From: Paraspadella gotoi
Taxonomy: Eukaryota; Animalia; Chaetognatha
NCBI GenBank assembly: GCA_051294375.1
Contig: CM119270.1
Coordinates: 10,994,969-11,058,968 of the forward strand
Length of the DNA stretch: 64,000 nt
Direction of reading: 5' to 3'
In this document: positions 1-13,539 of the stretch, piece after piece
Layout: each line of letters begins with the position of its first letter
How positions within the stretch are numbered: the first letter of the stretch is position 1
The notes under the pieces: model-generated
Database searches by the model: none
What the model saw: only the letters and a program-made list of their open reading frames with translations
What the model was told of the DNA's origin: nothing
Position numbers and translations under genes: made by a program

Positions 1-1045
1 ACTGTTGTTTTTAATCTATATGATTTCTAAAGAAAAAAGCGCATGATTTTTTAAAGGGATATGGTATATATTTAAAGATCAAATGATATTTATTTAAGAC
101 GTTTTTCGTTAAATATCGCGAGCGCGAATTTTGGTGGAGGGATAATAAATAAAATTCAGAGTTGCTGAGAAAACGCGGGTATCAGCAGATTCGGTAGCAG
201 ATGCGGCAACTGATGCAGCAGCAGAAAAGATTAATTGTTGAATAAATGGTAAAACATTTATGGGAAACAGTTTCCTCAATTTTTTTTCTATTGCTTTCTA
301 ATTGTCTCATTTTTGTTTTTTAATCACAACATTAAAACAAATTAAGAAATTAACCAAATAATTTTCAGATGAATGACATGAAACGACGCATGAGAGAGAG
401 AGTGAGAGAGACAGCGCACAGAACCAAGAGAAACAGTATGACCCCAAAAAAGGCGCTATAATTCTTTATAAAATAAAGCAATATTTGGAAATATCAGCAC
501 AAAGGTCATTAAATTGCCAAACGATGATATGATGATGATATAGTTAAAATGATCATCCTAAACAACGCTAATAAAAGAAAACATAACAGAGATACAGGAA
601 AGACCTCAACAATAAAGGGATGAGCTTTCTCACAAATTCTCAAGTACAGAAGCAGTGTGAACAAGTGAAGAAAGCAAAGCGATTACAAAGAAGCACACTC
701 GGGAACAGACCGGGGGGGGTCATTGAACGAGGCTCTCGAGGGGCGAAGGCTGTTTACAGCCTGTGGGCAGCGAAGGGGCAAAGACGCAAATCCCCTTCTC
801 AGGATATAACGGCGTGCGGTCTTCATTTTCCTTGACCGGCCGACCCCGGCCGAAACCGACCGCCCCGACGGATCTGACCGGCGAGTCGGCCGATTGGCCG
901 GCGGACTCCCTTCCTCCGGCTGGATTTTTTTCCGGACGAATGTGTCCGGCATTGTCTGTCTCAAACGGGACGAGAGAAGAAAGGGAGATAGAGGAAGAAA
1001 GAAAATAAAGAAGATTGGGAAGGACGAAGATTTTGGAGGGGGAGA

Positions 1046-1153
<108 letters not shown>

Positions 1154-1539
1154 AAACACTATAGTCTAATAACAGGTTTTCCTCTCGCGCGACCTTACCT
1201 TTTTTTTCTCGAGAGACACAAACCTCGCCTCACTTTCCTCGTTAACCCACGAAGTGGCGACGAAGCAAATGGTGGAGCCTAGGGTGGTTGACTCATAGAC
1301 GCCACCGTTGCACCAGTTAGCACCACCAACGCCATCTGCGCCACCTCATGCACAAACTGATGCTGTCGACTAACCTTTGGCAGTGGCAAGTGACCACCTT
1401 CCATCTCGATTCTCATAATTTAAAACATAGACGTCGTCGCAAATACTTTAAACTGCTATACATCACTTAAACTTGAAATTTCTTTATATTAAAAAGATAC
1501 TGTGGCAGCAAGACTTAAAGCTGCCTCACTGCTGTCCGT

Positions 1540-1765
1540 CCTCAGCCTCGTCTCAATGGCTGAGCAGGCTAAATCATCTCATTCCTTCCGTGCGTCCCGG
1601 GTTCAATCCCTGGGTATCCCGGTTCTGGCTTAAATGTGACGGTGCCGGTATAAACATGCCAGTGACAGGAGGCGGTCACTGAGGGTCCGCAGCCCCTACG
1701 CCAGTTGGTGAGATACCCCGCGCCCCGGGTATCACAGGCTATCCTCCCGTTGCCATAATACATTG
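1540..1765 (+). mobile_element. tRNA-derived SINE-like element (family A)
   Basis: Pol III A-box-like TGGCTGAGCAGG (~1557) and B-box GGTTCAATCC (~1600). Body motifs GCCAGTGAC-GGA, GGTCACTGA-GGTCC, GTGAGAT-CCCC, TCACAGGC and GTTGCCATAAT recur at ~31905-31995 (+) and ~43350-43447 (-). Boundaries approximate. Confidence 0.6.
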
Positions 1766-2416
1766 ATTAGAAGGTGGACAAAGTAAATTTAAACAAATGT
1801 ACGCTGCGCGTCGTGTGCACCCTCTCACCAAGGCAGACGACCTTACAAAACTTTCTCGAAAAGAACCTTCCCTTACCTTAACCCGCCACTGCGCACCACG
1901 GACAAACAACATTATGGGCTCGTCAAGCAGTGTAGAATACATAAACTGATCTCCTCAACCAACCACGCGGTCGGACCTGGCGGCCACGCTTCTCCTTTCC
2001 CTACCTAAGGTATTAACGGCTGCTAAAATCACGTGTTGGTACGATGAGGATTACAAAAAAAACAAATAATCCTACCCAGCCCAGTTCTCCTCCGTCGTAC
2101 GCCCTTCCCTACCAGCACGCGGGCCACCGCTCGACGACCCGTCCCACCACGGCGCAACCGCTTCGAACGGGCCTTCCGACGACCCACTTCCGCTACCTCC
2201 CACGTCCAGTATCGTCTCGATTACAGATCGCTTCCCCGTGCCACCGCCCAACGGCACCGTTCGACCTGTCCCCAATCCCCACCGGCCACCGCTCGACCCT
2301 TCAGCCTGACTTCGTCCGGCGTCAGAGATCAAGATCTGTTTCTCAATCTCAGTCGAGGCTTCGGCGCGAAGCGGAGCGGAAAATCGGATCTCGCTCTCTG
2401 TTTCTCTAACTATCAG

Positions 2417-2451
<35 letters not shown>

Positions 2452-4865
2452 TCAGTCTTTTGAGTTTCCCTCTTTCCAGCACCATTTTTCCCATTGCCCT
2501 TTCCTTGCTCTATTAACGATTTATACCGCCGTTTGTTTTTGGGAGGTAGAGGGGCGGAGCAGGCGATCCAATTTCATACCAAAACAGTTTTGAGGATGAG
2601 TAAAACGTCGAGATTGGTTGCGGTTCTAAGGTCACAATCATTGTTTTAAAATATAGTAAGAATGGTTCGATCCTTTCTTTTTGTTGTGTTTGAGCATTAG
2701 AAAACGTAAGTATAGTCGAAATACGTCAACTTTTACATTTTTTAAACAATTTCAATTTATTTTTCCGCAATCCACGATGTACTTCAAATTCGACACTGTT
2801 GTTTACCTCTTCGACGTCAGATGGCGCGCCGGGATCATTTTTTCTATTTTTCCCTTTTACCGCTCTTTTGTTTTTGCGCGCGGAAGACGAATGAAGCGAC
2901 GGCGGCTGCCAAAGAAATCCGCTTCTGAAATCCGTCGGCGCAGTTAACCTTTGGTCGTGTGATTATTTACTAAACCGGCGATGGGACGTGGCGTCGCGTA
3001 GCGGCTCGTGGCGTCGTGTTTGTGGGTGGAGGGGGGAGAGCGTAGCACTGTATTGACGGAACGTAAAACTGTAGTATTCCCGATGAAGCTTTTCTGAGTA
3101 ATAAAGCTTTGTATTTTCCCCAGACTGCTTCTTCTCGTTATAAGTAAAATATCAAAATATATGAGTCAGTTCGTTTGTAATTTATTGTATTACGATCACT
3201 TGTCCCCTTTTAATCCTTTTAATCCTTTTAATCCCACCCTCGCAAAACGAAAAACTTATCAGTAACAATCTTCAACCTTAACCCCGATCCAAAATATTTT
3301 CATTACTCAATCTAAACTTCATCTTTCGAATCTTTCGCTTATATGTATCCATCTGCCCCAAAAGATTCCTTTCCCAGTTCCCCTTTTTCTCTTCAACACA
3401 CAAAACCCCAAACTCCCCGCTTCCCCCCCCCCGACACACTACCCCAAACCGGTCTTACTCCCCACACGAAATCTTCCCAAAAATCCCGCCTCAAACGTCG
3501 GGCCCTCAACAAAGATTCATCTTCTTCCTCTTCTCCTTTTTGCCGTTTTTACGTTTTACGTTTGAAAATTTATCATCGCGAATCGCGGGGCGGAGACGCC
3601 GTCTCTGTCTCTGTCTCTGTCGTCTCTGTCTCTGCCCTTTACTCCGTCTGCCACAAGCGTTTTAGTTTCGATTGTCGTGTTCGCCATCTCATTCGTGCCA
3701 TTTCGTTACGATAATCGTTTTTGCCATCGAGGTTTCTGCCATCCTATTTTAAAGAGGTTTCGATCGGACCAATTTTTTTTTTTCAATGCGTTCATATAAT
3801 CAGAAATTATAATATAATTTTATATATATATTTTTTGGGGGGAGTTTTTGCAGCGGGTCGTCATCACCAATTAAAAAACCTTCCTCCTTCGAGTCCTTAA
3901 AAGATATGAAAGAAAAAAAACATTGAAAATCTCCGCAGTGTATTAACTGTGTTATTAATCATCTAGCGAAAATAAACAAACGCCAGCGTAAACAAATCGC
4001 TGGTAAAAGTGTCGAGGATTAAAAGAGAAAAAAAAGGAAAGGTTCAATGAAAATAAACATTTGAAGCTTAAAAGTAGAATAAGATCTAGAGTAATTCTTT
4101 ACTCACGGGGGCTGAGACAATTTTATAAAAAAGAAATAAATAAGGCATGGTTAATATTTTAACTATGTTTCATGTTCGTACTCATTGAACACACTATATT
4201 TCCATTTGTTATCAAAGATAGACATTGCTCGTCAAAATAAGTTATAAAGCGCAACTTCGGACCGCCCCTTGCAATTTCAAGCTTCCGCCACCGTCTCTCT
4301 CTTTTTTGGGCGGAAGGAGGCGAAAGTCAATCTCCAGGAAAACTTTTTTTTCTTTTTATCTTTTTTATTTTATCCTTCGTTCTTCTCTTTTGTTCTTTTC
4401 TTTGAACCGAAATTCATCCACTTTTGATCGAGCATCGAATTTCATCTCGATTCTCGATGGTTTCTTCACTTCTCTTCGATATCCTTTTCAATCCCTCGGT
4501 GACTCTTTCGTGAAATCTCGGGAAAATGGGAAGGGGGCGGAGAATGCATGAGGGAGGGGAGGAAGGGAAGAAAAGAGAAAGGGAAAATAGAAAAGAGGAA
4601 GATAGAATGAAAAAGAAGGGAGCGAGAGATAAGTATAATAGCGATGAAGAATTTGAAAAAAGCAGAAAAAATCGAGGATTAGGAATCAAGAAAAGGAATC
4701 AATAAAAGAGAAAAAGAATCATAGGATGAAGAGAATTGTTAGATAAAGACGTCATCCTCTTGTTTTCGACATGTGAACGTCTATGAGGGCCTAACTAGGG
4801 TAGGCAGGCACAGGAAAACTTTCTCACACTTTGAAAGCAAAACCGCTCCAGGGGAAGGGGAGAGA

Positions 4866-4959
<94 letters not shown>

Positions 4960-5240
4960 TGAAGGAATTTAAAGAAAATTTTCTTTGGCCCTAAACTCCA
5001 CAGGGAGTCGCGGGTCTTTCTTCGGGCGATTGTTTCTGCAAAAGTTTACCGCATTTTGATCATCATCATCATCATCATCATCATCTTCGTCATTCATCAC
5101 CCCATCATAGTTCTCGTGGTTGTCAGTATCTTCATCATCATCATCTTTGCCGTCGTTTTTTCGTTCACTTCCTTCTCACAATGTTAATTATCACAATTGG
5201 CAAGACCGACCGTTTCCAACGTGGTCGAGTCGTTGAGGCG

Positions 5241-5331
<91 letters not shown>

Positions 5332-5911
5332 AGTCGCACCCTTATTTCACTTTTTGTATCCTTTCAGTGTTATCCCATCCCGCGGCTCACTGGGAGGAGG
5401 GACTGCAATCGTATTCCGCGGGATCGAAAGGTAAACAAACAAACATACAAGGCCGCATGAGAAAAAAATTTTGGTTATAAAATTTAATCAATTTGGACGC
5501 GAGCGATGCATGATGAGACAAAGGCACTGCGTTTAAGGTTATTTTTAAGTTCTTTGTATTAAATATTAAGTATTATCTCAAATAGCCATTAACTGTAAGT
5601 AGCCGAAGTAAGTTTTTTAAAACAATCGCATCCGTCAAAACTTAAAAGTTGACGCCAAATGGGCCACACAGCGCCTCTCAGACACCTAATCGCTAAAAAG
5701 GTTCTAATTTTTTTTGAGTCAGGTGCCAAAAAGCCTTTACCTTTTTTCTGGCCCCTTTTTTTTTAACTGGGGGCTAATTTTCGATCCCTTCATTAACGCA
5801 TGACTATTTGCATAATTTCGCAATATGCATAACGTTTGAACGCGGTAGCGATTCTAATCAGTCCGAGACAGGGAAATAGAAAACCTGGAGAGAGAGAGAG
5901 AGAGAAGAGAG

Positions 5912-6006
<95 letters not shown>

Positions 6007-7803
6007 AGAGCTAGAGAGAAAAGAAGAAGAAAGGAAGAAATAAAAAAGCGCGGAAAATTATCCCGTTTTATATTGTCAGAAGGAAAGCGGGGATTGCCAA
6101 GTTGGAGCCATAAACTTTCTTGATCACATATGATTCCATTAAAGTTTTAAACTGCAAACGAGAAAGAAGAAAAAGTCGCTTTTAAAAGACGTTTTTCATG
6201 AGGAAAATGGGGCGAAGCCGAAGACGGCGACGTCTGTAGCATCTGTAACGTCTGCCACGTTCGTCTGTGGCGAGGGAACGAAAAGCTTACAGACGAAAAT
6301 CAAATGCGGTAGAAATGAAATTAAGATTTCACAAATTCCCTTCATTACTTGAACCATTTTAGTATTTCATTTCATAGCATTTTGATATACGTTTTACGTA
6401 AGCCTTGTTATTTTCTTAAAATAGTTTCTAGAAGAAATCATTTTTGGGTGTCGCTAAACAACTAACAACAAAATCAATGAATGAAATACAGAGCCTTTTC
6501 TAAACGGAAGCCAAACGTTGAATTGTACAAAGGCCCACAAGGATAAAACCTCTCACAATTAATATGTATAAGATTGTGTTTAAAAGTACTACGTTATTTA
6601 ATTGATTAATTGACTTTATTTGTACCCCTCATAAAAAAATTCAGCATTTCTTCCCTCAAGGAAGGAGAGAATTCGCTTAAGGGATTCCTTCCCTGTCGAT
6701 CGTCTTCTGATTCACTCTCTCTCTCTCTTTCTCTCTCTGTCTCTCTTTACTTTAGGACTGACCTTTTAACATTTTCTTTTTCTTTGCTAATGACTCTCAC
6801 CCTCTTTGATTTTTTTTCTCTATTCCCTTTCGACGCCATCGGCATCTCTCTCTTTCTCTCTCCTTCTCCCCCCGTTCGTCTTGTTTTGCATACAAAATTC
6901 ATTAAATCAGATCCATATTCTAATTAACGTCCTCGCTCGCAGGCGGCGCCCTCGTCTTTTCTTATTTTCGTTTCGGGCGTTCGTCTTTCTTTTCAACGTT
7001 TGTCTTCTTCGCTTCTTTTCTTTCCAAATGATACCGTTTCTTTCTTTTTTCATCTTTCTTAAAGTTTTTTCCTCTCTTTTCATTCCAATGTTTTACTTTT
7101 GTCTTTTTATTTTAATTTTTTGTCATTTATCCTACAAAATATTCCAGCAAATTTATATTTGACTGTATTTATTTTATTCATAAATGTTAATTTCGCCTTC
7201 ATGTATATATATTATATGGTTAATTAATTAATTGATAATTAATTGATTATATATATAATATATTTGTCTTTATTAACTGGCTTATTTATTTCATTCGCGC
7301 CCTCATTGTCGATTACGTTTTCTTTCTCCAGAAATGATTTTTTTTTCTAATTATTTACCATTCCGATTTCAAAGCGAAGTTTTCCAAAGCGGCTCTTCCT
7401 TTTTTAGCGCCGTGTGTAAGCTAAGACTAAAAGTTTTTGCTCGAAAATGAGAGAAAAAAGAAAAAAAGTTTCTCTGGAACAAACTGTCTCGCCACTAATC
7501 TTGGTTTTAAAATTTGCTGAACCTTTCTGTACTGGCAGAGATTCAATATAGCAACAAAAAAAACCCGATATTTTTTCCCCTCTTTAAAGAGAAAAACGTA
7601 GATGGAGTCAAAAGAATATTTTAAAATAGCAATCAAAACACATAATTCTCCATGAATAATAAATTAACAAATACAAAATTAACAACCATTTCGAGCCAAA
7701 AGCCAAAATGAAACATTGTGGCATTAGCTTTTGGCCTAAGCGAGAGCAGCTTTATCTGGGTTTTGCTTTGTTTGTTGTTGTGTTTTTTGAAAATTTTTTT
7801 AGT

Positions 7804-10659
7804 TTACAAAACTGTAAAATATTTTCTTTGTTCCGACTGGGCGCTGTTGGGGTCCGTCTCCAACCCGTTGCCACGCCCACCATAACACGTGTCAAAACTT
7901 TCGTTCTCTGGGTAGACGCCGTTCGCGGCGCCCGAGGCGTCGATCCGATTCCGATCCACGAGGGCGTCATAAACTTCGGGCGCCGTCGACGCCGCAGAAT
8001 AATTATCCATAGGTGCCGCTTGATCTCCCCCGGCAGCTGTGGCGTCGGAGCCCTCGACGCCACAATCTCGCTCCTGCTGCTGCTGCAGCTCTGCCATAAA
8101 CTCTTGGTAGCAGACGTCGAGCGAGAGGCTGTTGTCGAGGATCAATTGCTGCATCAAAGACTGAGTTCCAAAGCTGTGACCCCCGGACTCATCTACGGGG
8201 TATTGAAGGCCTCCGGCATGATCCTCGAACTCGGAAAACTCCCCGCCCATTTGGTCGCCGACGCCGCAGTTGCGCCAGTTTGCAAAGTCGTTGTGATGGG
8301 GCTGAGGCTGATGCTGTTGTTGTTGATGGGACCACTGATCATTGAAGGCGTCTCCGTACTGCTGCTGCTCCTGCCCAAAGCAGCCGTCGTAGTGATACTG
8401 GCCGCCGTAGTCGTAGTGATGGAAATTGTCTGCAGGAAGATTTTGATCGTCATTATTGATGTTATGGTTGGATGGGCCGGAGCTGGGATCGGATAAATTC
8501 AAATTTTGGGTAGGTTGGTCAACATTGAAAGCCCCGACGTTTTGCGTGACTTTGCAGTTAGAATCACGATTTTTTGGAGGAACTGAGGAAACCTGACGGT
8601 GCTGTTGCTGTTGTTGCAGCCGTATTTGTTTATTGTTTTGCTGATGACGAGGTCTTTGTCTAATTCTTTGATTTGGATGTAGCGGTTGATTTTGATGTTG
8701 TTTTTGCTGTTGATGATGTCGATTTTGGTCGACGCTAGTATTTTGAAGAGAACCACAATCTGAATGCCGCGTCCCGTGCACATCTCCGTTTTTATCCTCA
8801 TTTGTTCCTATAAGATTGGTCTGATCGGAAATCCCCGTGTCTCGCGGCGTCCCTTGCAACTGCATTTCCAGCCCCAGCAGCTGCGTGAACCCGATGTTCT
8901 GCGTCTCTGACAAGAAACTGTCGAGACCAAACTGCGTCTGATCTTCATAGAAACTCACGTCGGAGAAAAAGTTTTGATCCTGGTAATTGTAACCTGATTG
9001 ATGACCCGATTTACGATCAGATTGATGACCAGGTTTACGATCTGATTGGTTATCTGACTGATGTTCTAATTGAATCGCTGTTGTCATTGAAATAAGTCCA
9101 CTGTTTCCCTCCGCCATCTTAGGCTGAACGCTTCCATCTGCATAGTTTCTACAATCTTCTGCCTCTCTGTCTCTCTTTCCTTCAGTGAATATGTTCACGA
9201 CGGCAGTGAGACCTTGTGAGTTTGTGTCAATGGTGAAGGGGTTATTGTTTTGGCTATCCTCAAATTTTTCGCCGATTCCAGCGGAGGCATGAGTCTTCAT
9301 GTGTTGGTCCAAGCTTTCCTTCCACTTAAAGATCTTGCGGCACTGCAGGCAGGTGTAGGGAGTGATCTTGCTGTGAACGCGCTGGTGCCGCGTCAGATGC
9401 ATGCGGCGCTTAAACTCGTGACCACAGGTGTCACAGGCATATGGCTTGCGTCCAGAATGCACCTCCCTAACGTGCATTTTAAACTTGCTCTTGTCCCGGA
9501 ATCCTCGTCCACAGTGATCGCACGGAAAGGGGTCGAGACCTTGGTGGGTACGCTCGTGAGCGTGGAGGTTTTCCTTTGATTTAAAAGCTTTGCCGCACAG
9601 GAGACACTTTGTAGAAAGACGCGAGGTTGGAGTCTCTGGCGCTTCTTTCGTTGACTTTACTTCGTCGGTTGAGTCAGTCGAGCCCAGCGAACAAATTGCC
9701 TCTTTGATGTCCATTCTTAGCCTCTGAGGTTCATCCAGTTCAATTTCCTCCTCCTTTGCTTTGGCCGCCTTGACAATCCGTTTGCGATGAGCCGCCTCGT
9801 GGAGAGCATGTTCTTTCTTGAAGGCAAACTTTTTGCCGCACAAACTACACTTGTGCGGCGCGTCAAGGGTCGGGTGCGCAGAGACTTCATGATGCTTCAA
9901 TTTGGAGAGTTGACGAAAGGTTTGGCAGCAATTGACTTCCTTGCAGGCGTAAGGTCTCTCGCCGGAGTGGATACGGCAGTGAACCTACATAGAAAGCGAA
10001 AAAAAAAGTCGAGGGAATGTCTTTTAGATGACAAATAAAACTTGATTATTTTTTTAAATTTAAATTTAAAATCGTCGTCGTCGTAATCTTTTTTTTCTTT
10101 ATTTACTTTTTTATAACTTTCTTTCTTTCTTTTCTTTCATTATCTCTCTCTTCAATTATTTTTTTCTTTTCTTCTCTTTTTTCTTTCATATAAATTTTTT
10201 ATTACTTTAAACCTTAAAAGCGTTGCGATCCTTGAAGCATCGCCCGCAGACGCAGCAACTGAAGGGCGTCTCCCCAGAATGAACGCGCAAATGTCGCTTG
10301 AGGTCAGCGCCCTGTAGAAATCCTTTTCCACATTCCGCACACGTGTAGTCTGAATGACCGGTATGTACGCGCATGTGCGCTCGGAGGATTGTCTTTTTCC
10401 GGACTACCTTGCCGCATTCTAGACATTGAAAAGCGGTTGGAGCCGGGTTAGCTCTTGGAATCGATGACGAAGTTTCCGCTATCGCCTCCCGGTCGAGGCA
10501 TTCCACGTTTTCCTTGTCGCAAGAACGATGCACATTCGCGTGAGCTTGCAGGTGAAATTTTTGTGAGAATTTTCGGTCGCAAATTGAGCAAGCGTAAGGT
10601 TTTTCGCCTGAGGAATAGAGATTAAAAATAAAATACAAAAACATTAAGAAAAAAAGGGG

Positions 10660-10734
<75 letters not shown>

Positions 10735-12199
10735 GGAAAAAAAAACTTAGTACCCACAAATTTTTCATTATTTATCACAACTGACCCGTGTGAATCCTGA
10801 GATGAACGGTGAGTTTGGTTTTGTCGTAAAACTTTTTGACGCAAAAGTCGCAGGAGTGTTTGGGTTCTTCTCTCTGGTGAACTCGTTTTACGTGAAGAGT
10901 GAGATTTGATCGCGAGGAAAACTTTTTCGGGCAGAAACGACAGTCACCGTTAGGTTTTGACTTCGGCGTCTTTTTCGTCGGTGGCCCCGCTCTTGAGGGC
11001 GAAGGAATTTCGACGTTTCCTGTAACCGGCGCCGTCGCGAGGCACTTCAGATTTTGGCTGGGAATTGCCGAAGATGCTTCTTTGGACGTTGTTAGAATTT
11101 TGTTGGCGAGTTGGGGCGTCGTCGTCGTCGTCGTTATAGTCGTAGTAACAACAGAATCGACGTTGGCCCGCGATTCGATTGCATCTTTCTTGACAGAATC
11201 ATCAACGATTGCAACAACCTCGGTCGATTTTCCCGCGGCGCCGGGAGCTTCAGCGCCGGTTGAGGCGTCGGCCACGATCGGTTCCGAGTCACTCCTCGTC
11301 GTCTTCGTCGCTTCCGTCGACACTCTCGTTTCTTTAACCTTGATTCTTAAAACGACAGGAAAATTTCTGTCAGCGTTCTTGGGTCTCTTTTCTTCGAGAG
11401 GCTGCAGCTTCCTAGGAGAACACCCCTTCCTCTTGGCTCGCTTCGTCGCAGCGGGTCCAGGGCCGTCTTCAGGCAGACCCGTGGATAGTGGCGTCTCCTC
11501 CGGCGTTTCTACAGGCTGTTTTATTAGGGACGGCGCTTTTTCTGGGTCTAAAGTTTTGTCAGGCGCTTGAGTAGCGGCGTCCGTCACCTGCTCGAGGTTG
11601 GCGTCGCTCGATGATGTCACCCTTTTCGTCTCAGCCTCAATTTCCGGCGGGAGATGAAGATCCGGCGATTGGTCATTACCATTTTCCGTCGAGATAGATT
11701 TTAAAAGGCGCCGAAATTCTACGAGCGTCTCGACTCCGCGCTTTTCCAACCGGAAATTGACAGCGGCGTCATTGTCCGAGACGAAAACGTAATCGGCGCC
11801 GGAGACTGCGGAATCGGCGCGGTCTGATTCTGTGGCATCTTTTCGAAAAAGTACGATTACGAAACGGCATGGTTTTGGTTGCCAAGAGTCGGCGTCGAGA
11901 GAGAAATTGACTAGAACGACGCCGACTTGTTCCGGCGCCGCGATGCGAAACGCCGCCCAGTTGAAGCCGACGAAGGAATCGGGACGCAGGGGGCACTGAT
12001 CGTCTGCGCCCGCGGCCCCAACGGCGTCGACTGACTTGGATGGAACCGGATGAGACGCAAGCGGAAGTGAGACGGCGATCGGTTGACGTCTTAGCGGCGA
12101 CAGTGCCTCAGACAGCGGTGCTGGCGAGGAGGGCACATCGTGAGTGTCGTTTTGGCGCCGGGCAATGACGTCGGCCTGTTTGGGCCGAGAAATAGGCAT
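7804..12199 (-). CDS. C2H2 zinc-finger protein, 12 fingers, ~1329 aa, 3 exons, nested antisense in an NFI intron
   Basis: Exons 12199-10786, 10607-10213, 9984-7804 with consistent phases (HTG|GEKPY; NAFK|VHCRIHSGERPY). CxxC...HxxxH fingers with TGEKPY/SGERPY/SGRKPY linkers. Q-rich/acidic C-terminus, stop TAA. The start (MPISRPK) is inferred. Confidence 0.9.
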
Positions 12200-12629
12200 A
12201 GTTTTAGAGTTCGTTTCAAGGCATTTCGCGTAATCGAACAAATTCTTGGAAAAATATGAATCCCCGAGTTGTAAACAAAAAAAGAATTTAAATCTTCGCT
12301 GAGTAAACAAAAGAAATTTGTTTCCGAGTCGATTTTCTGTGAAGAGCGAAGCGACGACTGGCGACGTCGAGCGGAGAAATCGGGATTGAGAGAAGAGAAG
12401 AGGAGAAGAAGAGTAGGAAAAAGAAGAGCAGTAAAAGATGAGAAGAAAGGCGAAGAGGAGCGAAATATAGATCGGAGACTGTTGCCGATCTTTACTAAAT
12501 TTTCTGATACATAAATATAAAATATAATGAATATTCATATTAACAAAATTATTTTAATCCTTTTTTCAATGTCTTAAAAGCGATTATATATTATATACTA
12601 TAACGTTCACAATTTTGTTTTTTTCTCAG

Positions 12630-13492
12630 TCCCTCGCGATTACACTCAAATGCCGACTGGACCTCCTCTAAATCATGACGACATTAAAGGTATTGCGTCT
12701 GAAAATAATAATAATAATAATAAAAAAAAATAATAATCAATAACGAATGAAAGACCAATTGAAGATGTCACTCATCGAACAGGTCAGAACAACGGAGAAA
12801 GCAGTTATCTTGAATGCGACACGATACACGCCACTGGCGTTTTTTCCGCCGCCGAACTCTACCATTTTACTAGAGGTACGAAAAAAGTATATTTAGGCTC
12901 ATTTCGACAATATTTTGATTTTATTTACACAATATATGTTCTAATTGGTTAAATATACGTGGAATGTAAAATAGACACAAATAAAAATGATTGAACTATT
13001 TGCGAAATTAACAGAAATTAAAAATTTGAGACAACAACAACTGCAACAATAAAAATAATAACAACAACACTAAATACTTAAATGCACCTAAATACTACCA
13101 AAGAAATCTTTGAAGCAAAAGAAGCTTGTTAAATAGCCTAACTTTCTTTTCACCAGCGTCCATAATGCAACCGGGTTCCTCCTCTTCCTCTTCTCTCTCC
13201 GTGGGTCACCTCGCCTCCATGAGCCTTCACGGCCTCGGGGTCGGGGGCTACGGAAGGGGCTTGTCCTCCCCGCTGCCCCATCACCCCTCAGCCCTGCCCA
13301 TCGACACCCGGGCTTCCTCTCACGCCTACTACGCCTCCACAGGTGGGTTGTTGGAACTTGGAAAGGAGCGTTCTTTTTACATCCCGGTTTTTGATTATTT
13401 AATTATTTATCTATTACAATAATTACTTACTAATAATTACTAATAATAATAATAATAATATAATAAATATATAATAATATAATAATAATAAT

Positions 13493-13539
<47 letters not shown>

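Noticed and set aside
7708-11570. Plus-strand ORFs of 262, 109 and 223 aa
   Set aside because: Antisense shadows of the GC-rich zinc-finger exons.
12200-12538. N-terminal 113 aa of the 587-aa ORF
   Set aside because: Low-complexity F/S/L-rich translation of probable 5' UTR or promoter; MPISRPK at 12199 is the more plausible start, though unproven.
13290-13335. LPIDTR resemblance to the Gli PIDAR motif
   Set aside because: No zinc fingers follow in this gene, and the upstream exon carries the NFI TGVFS-EL motif.
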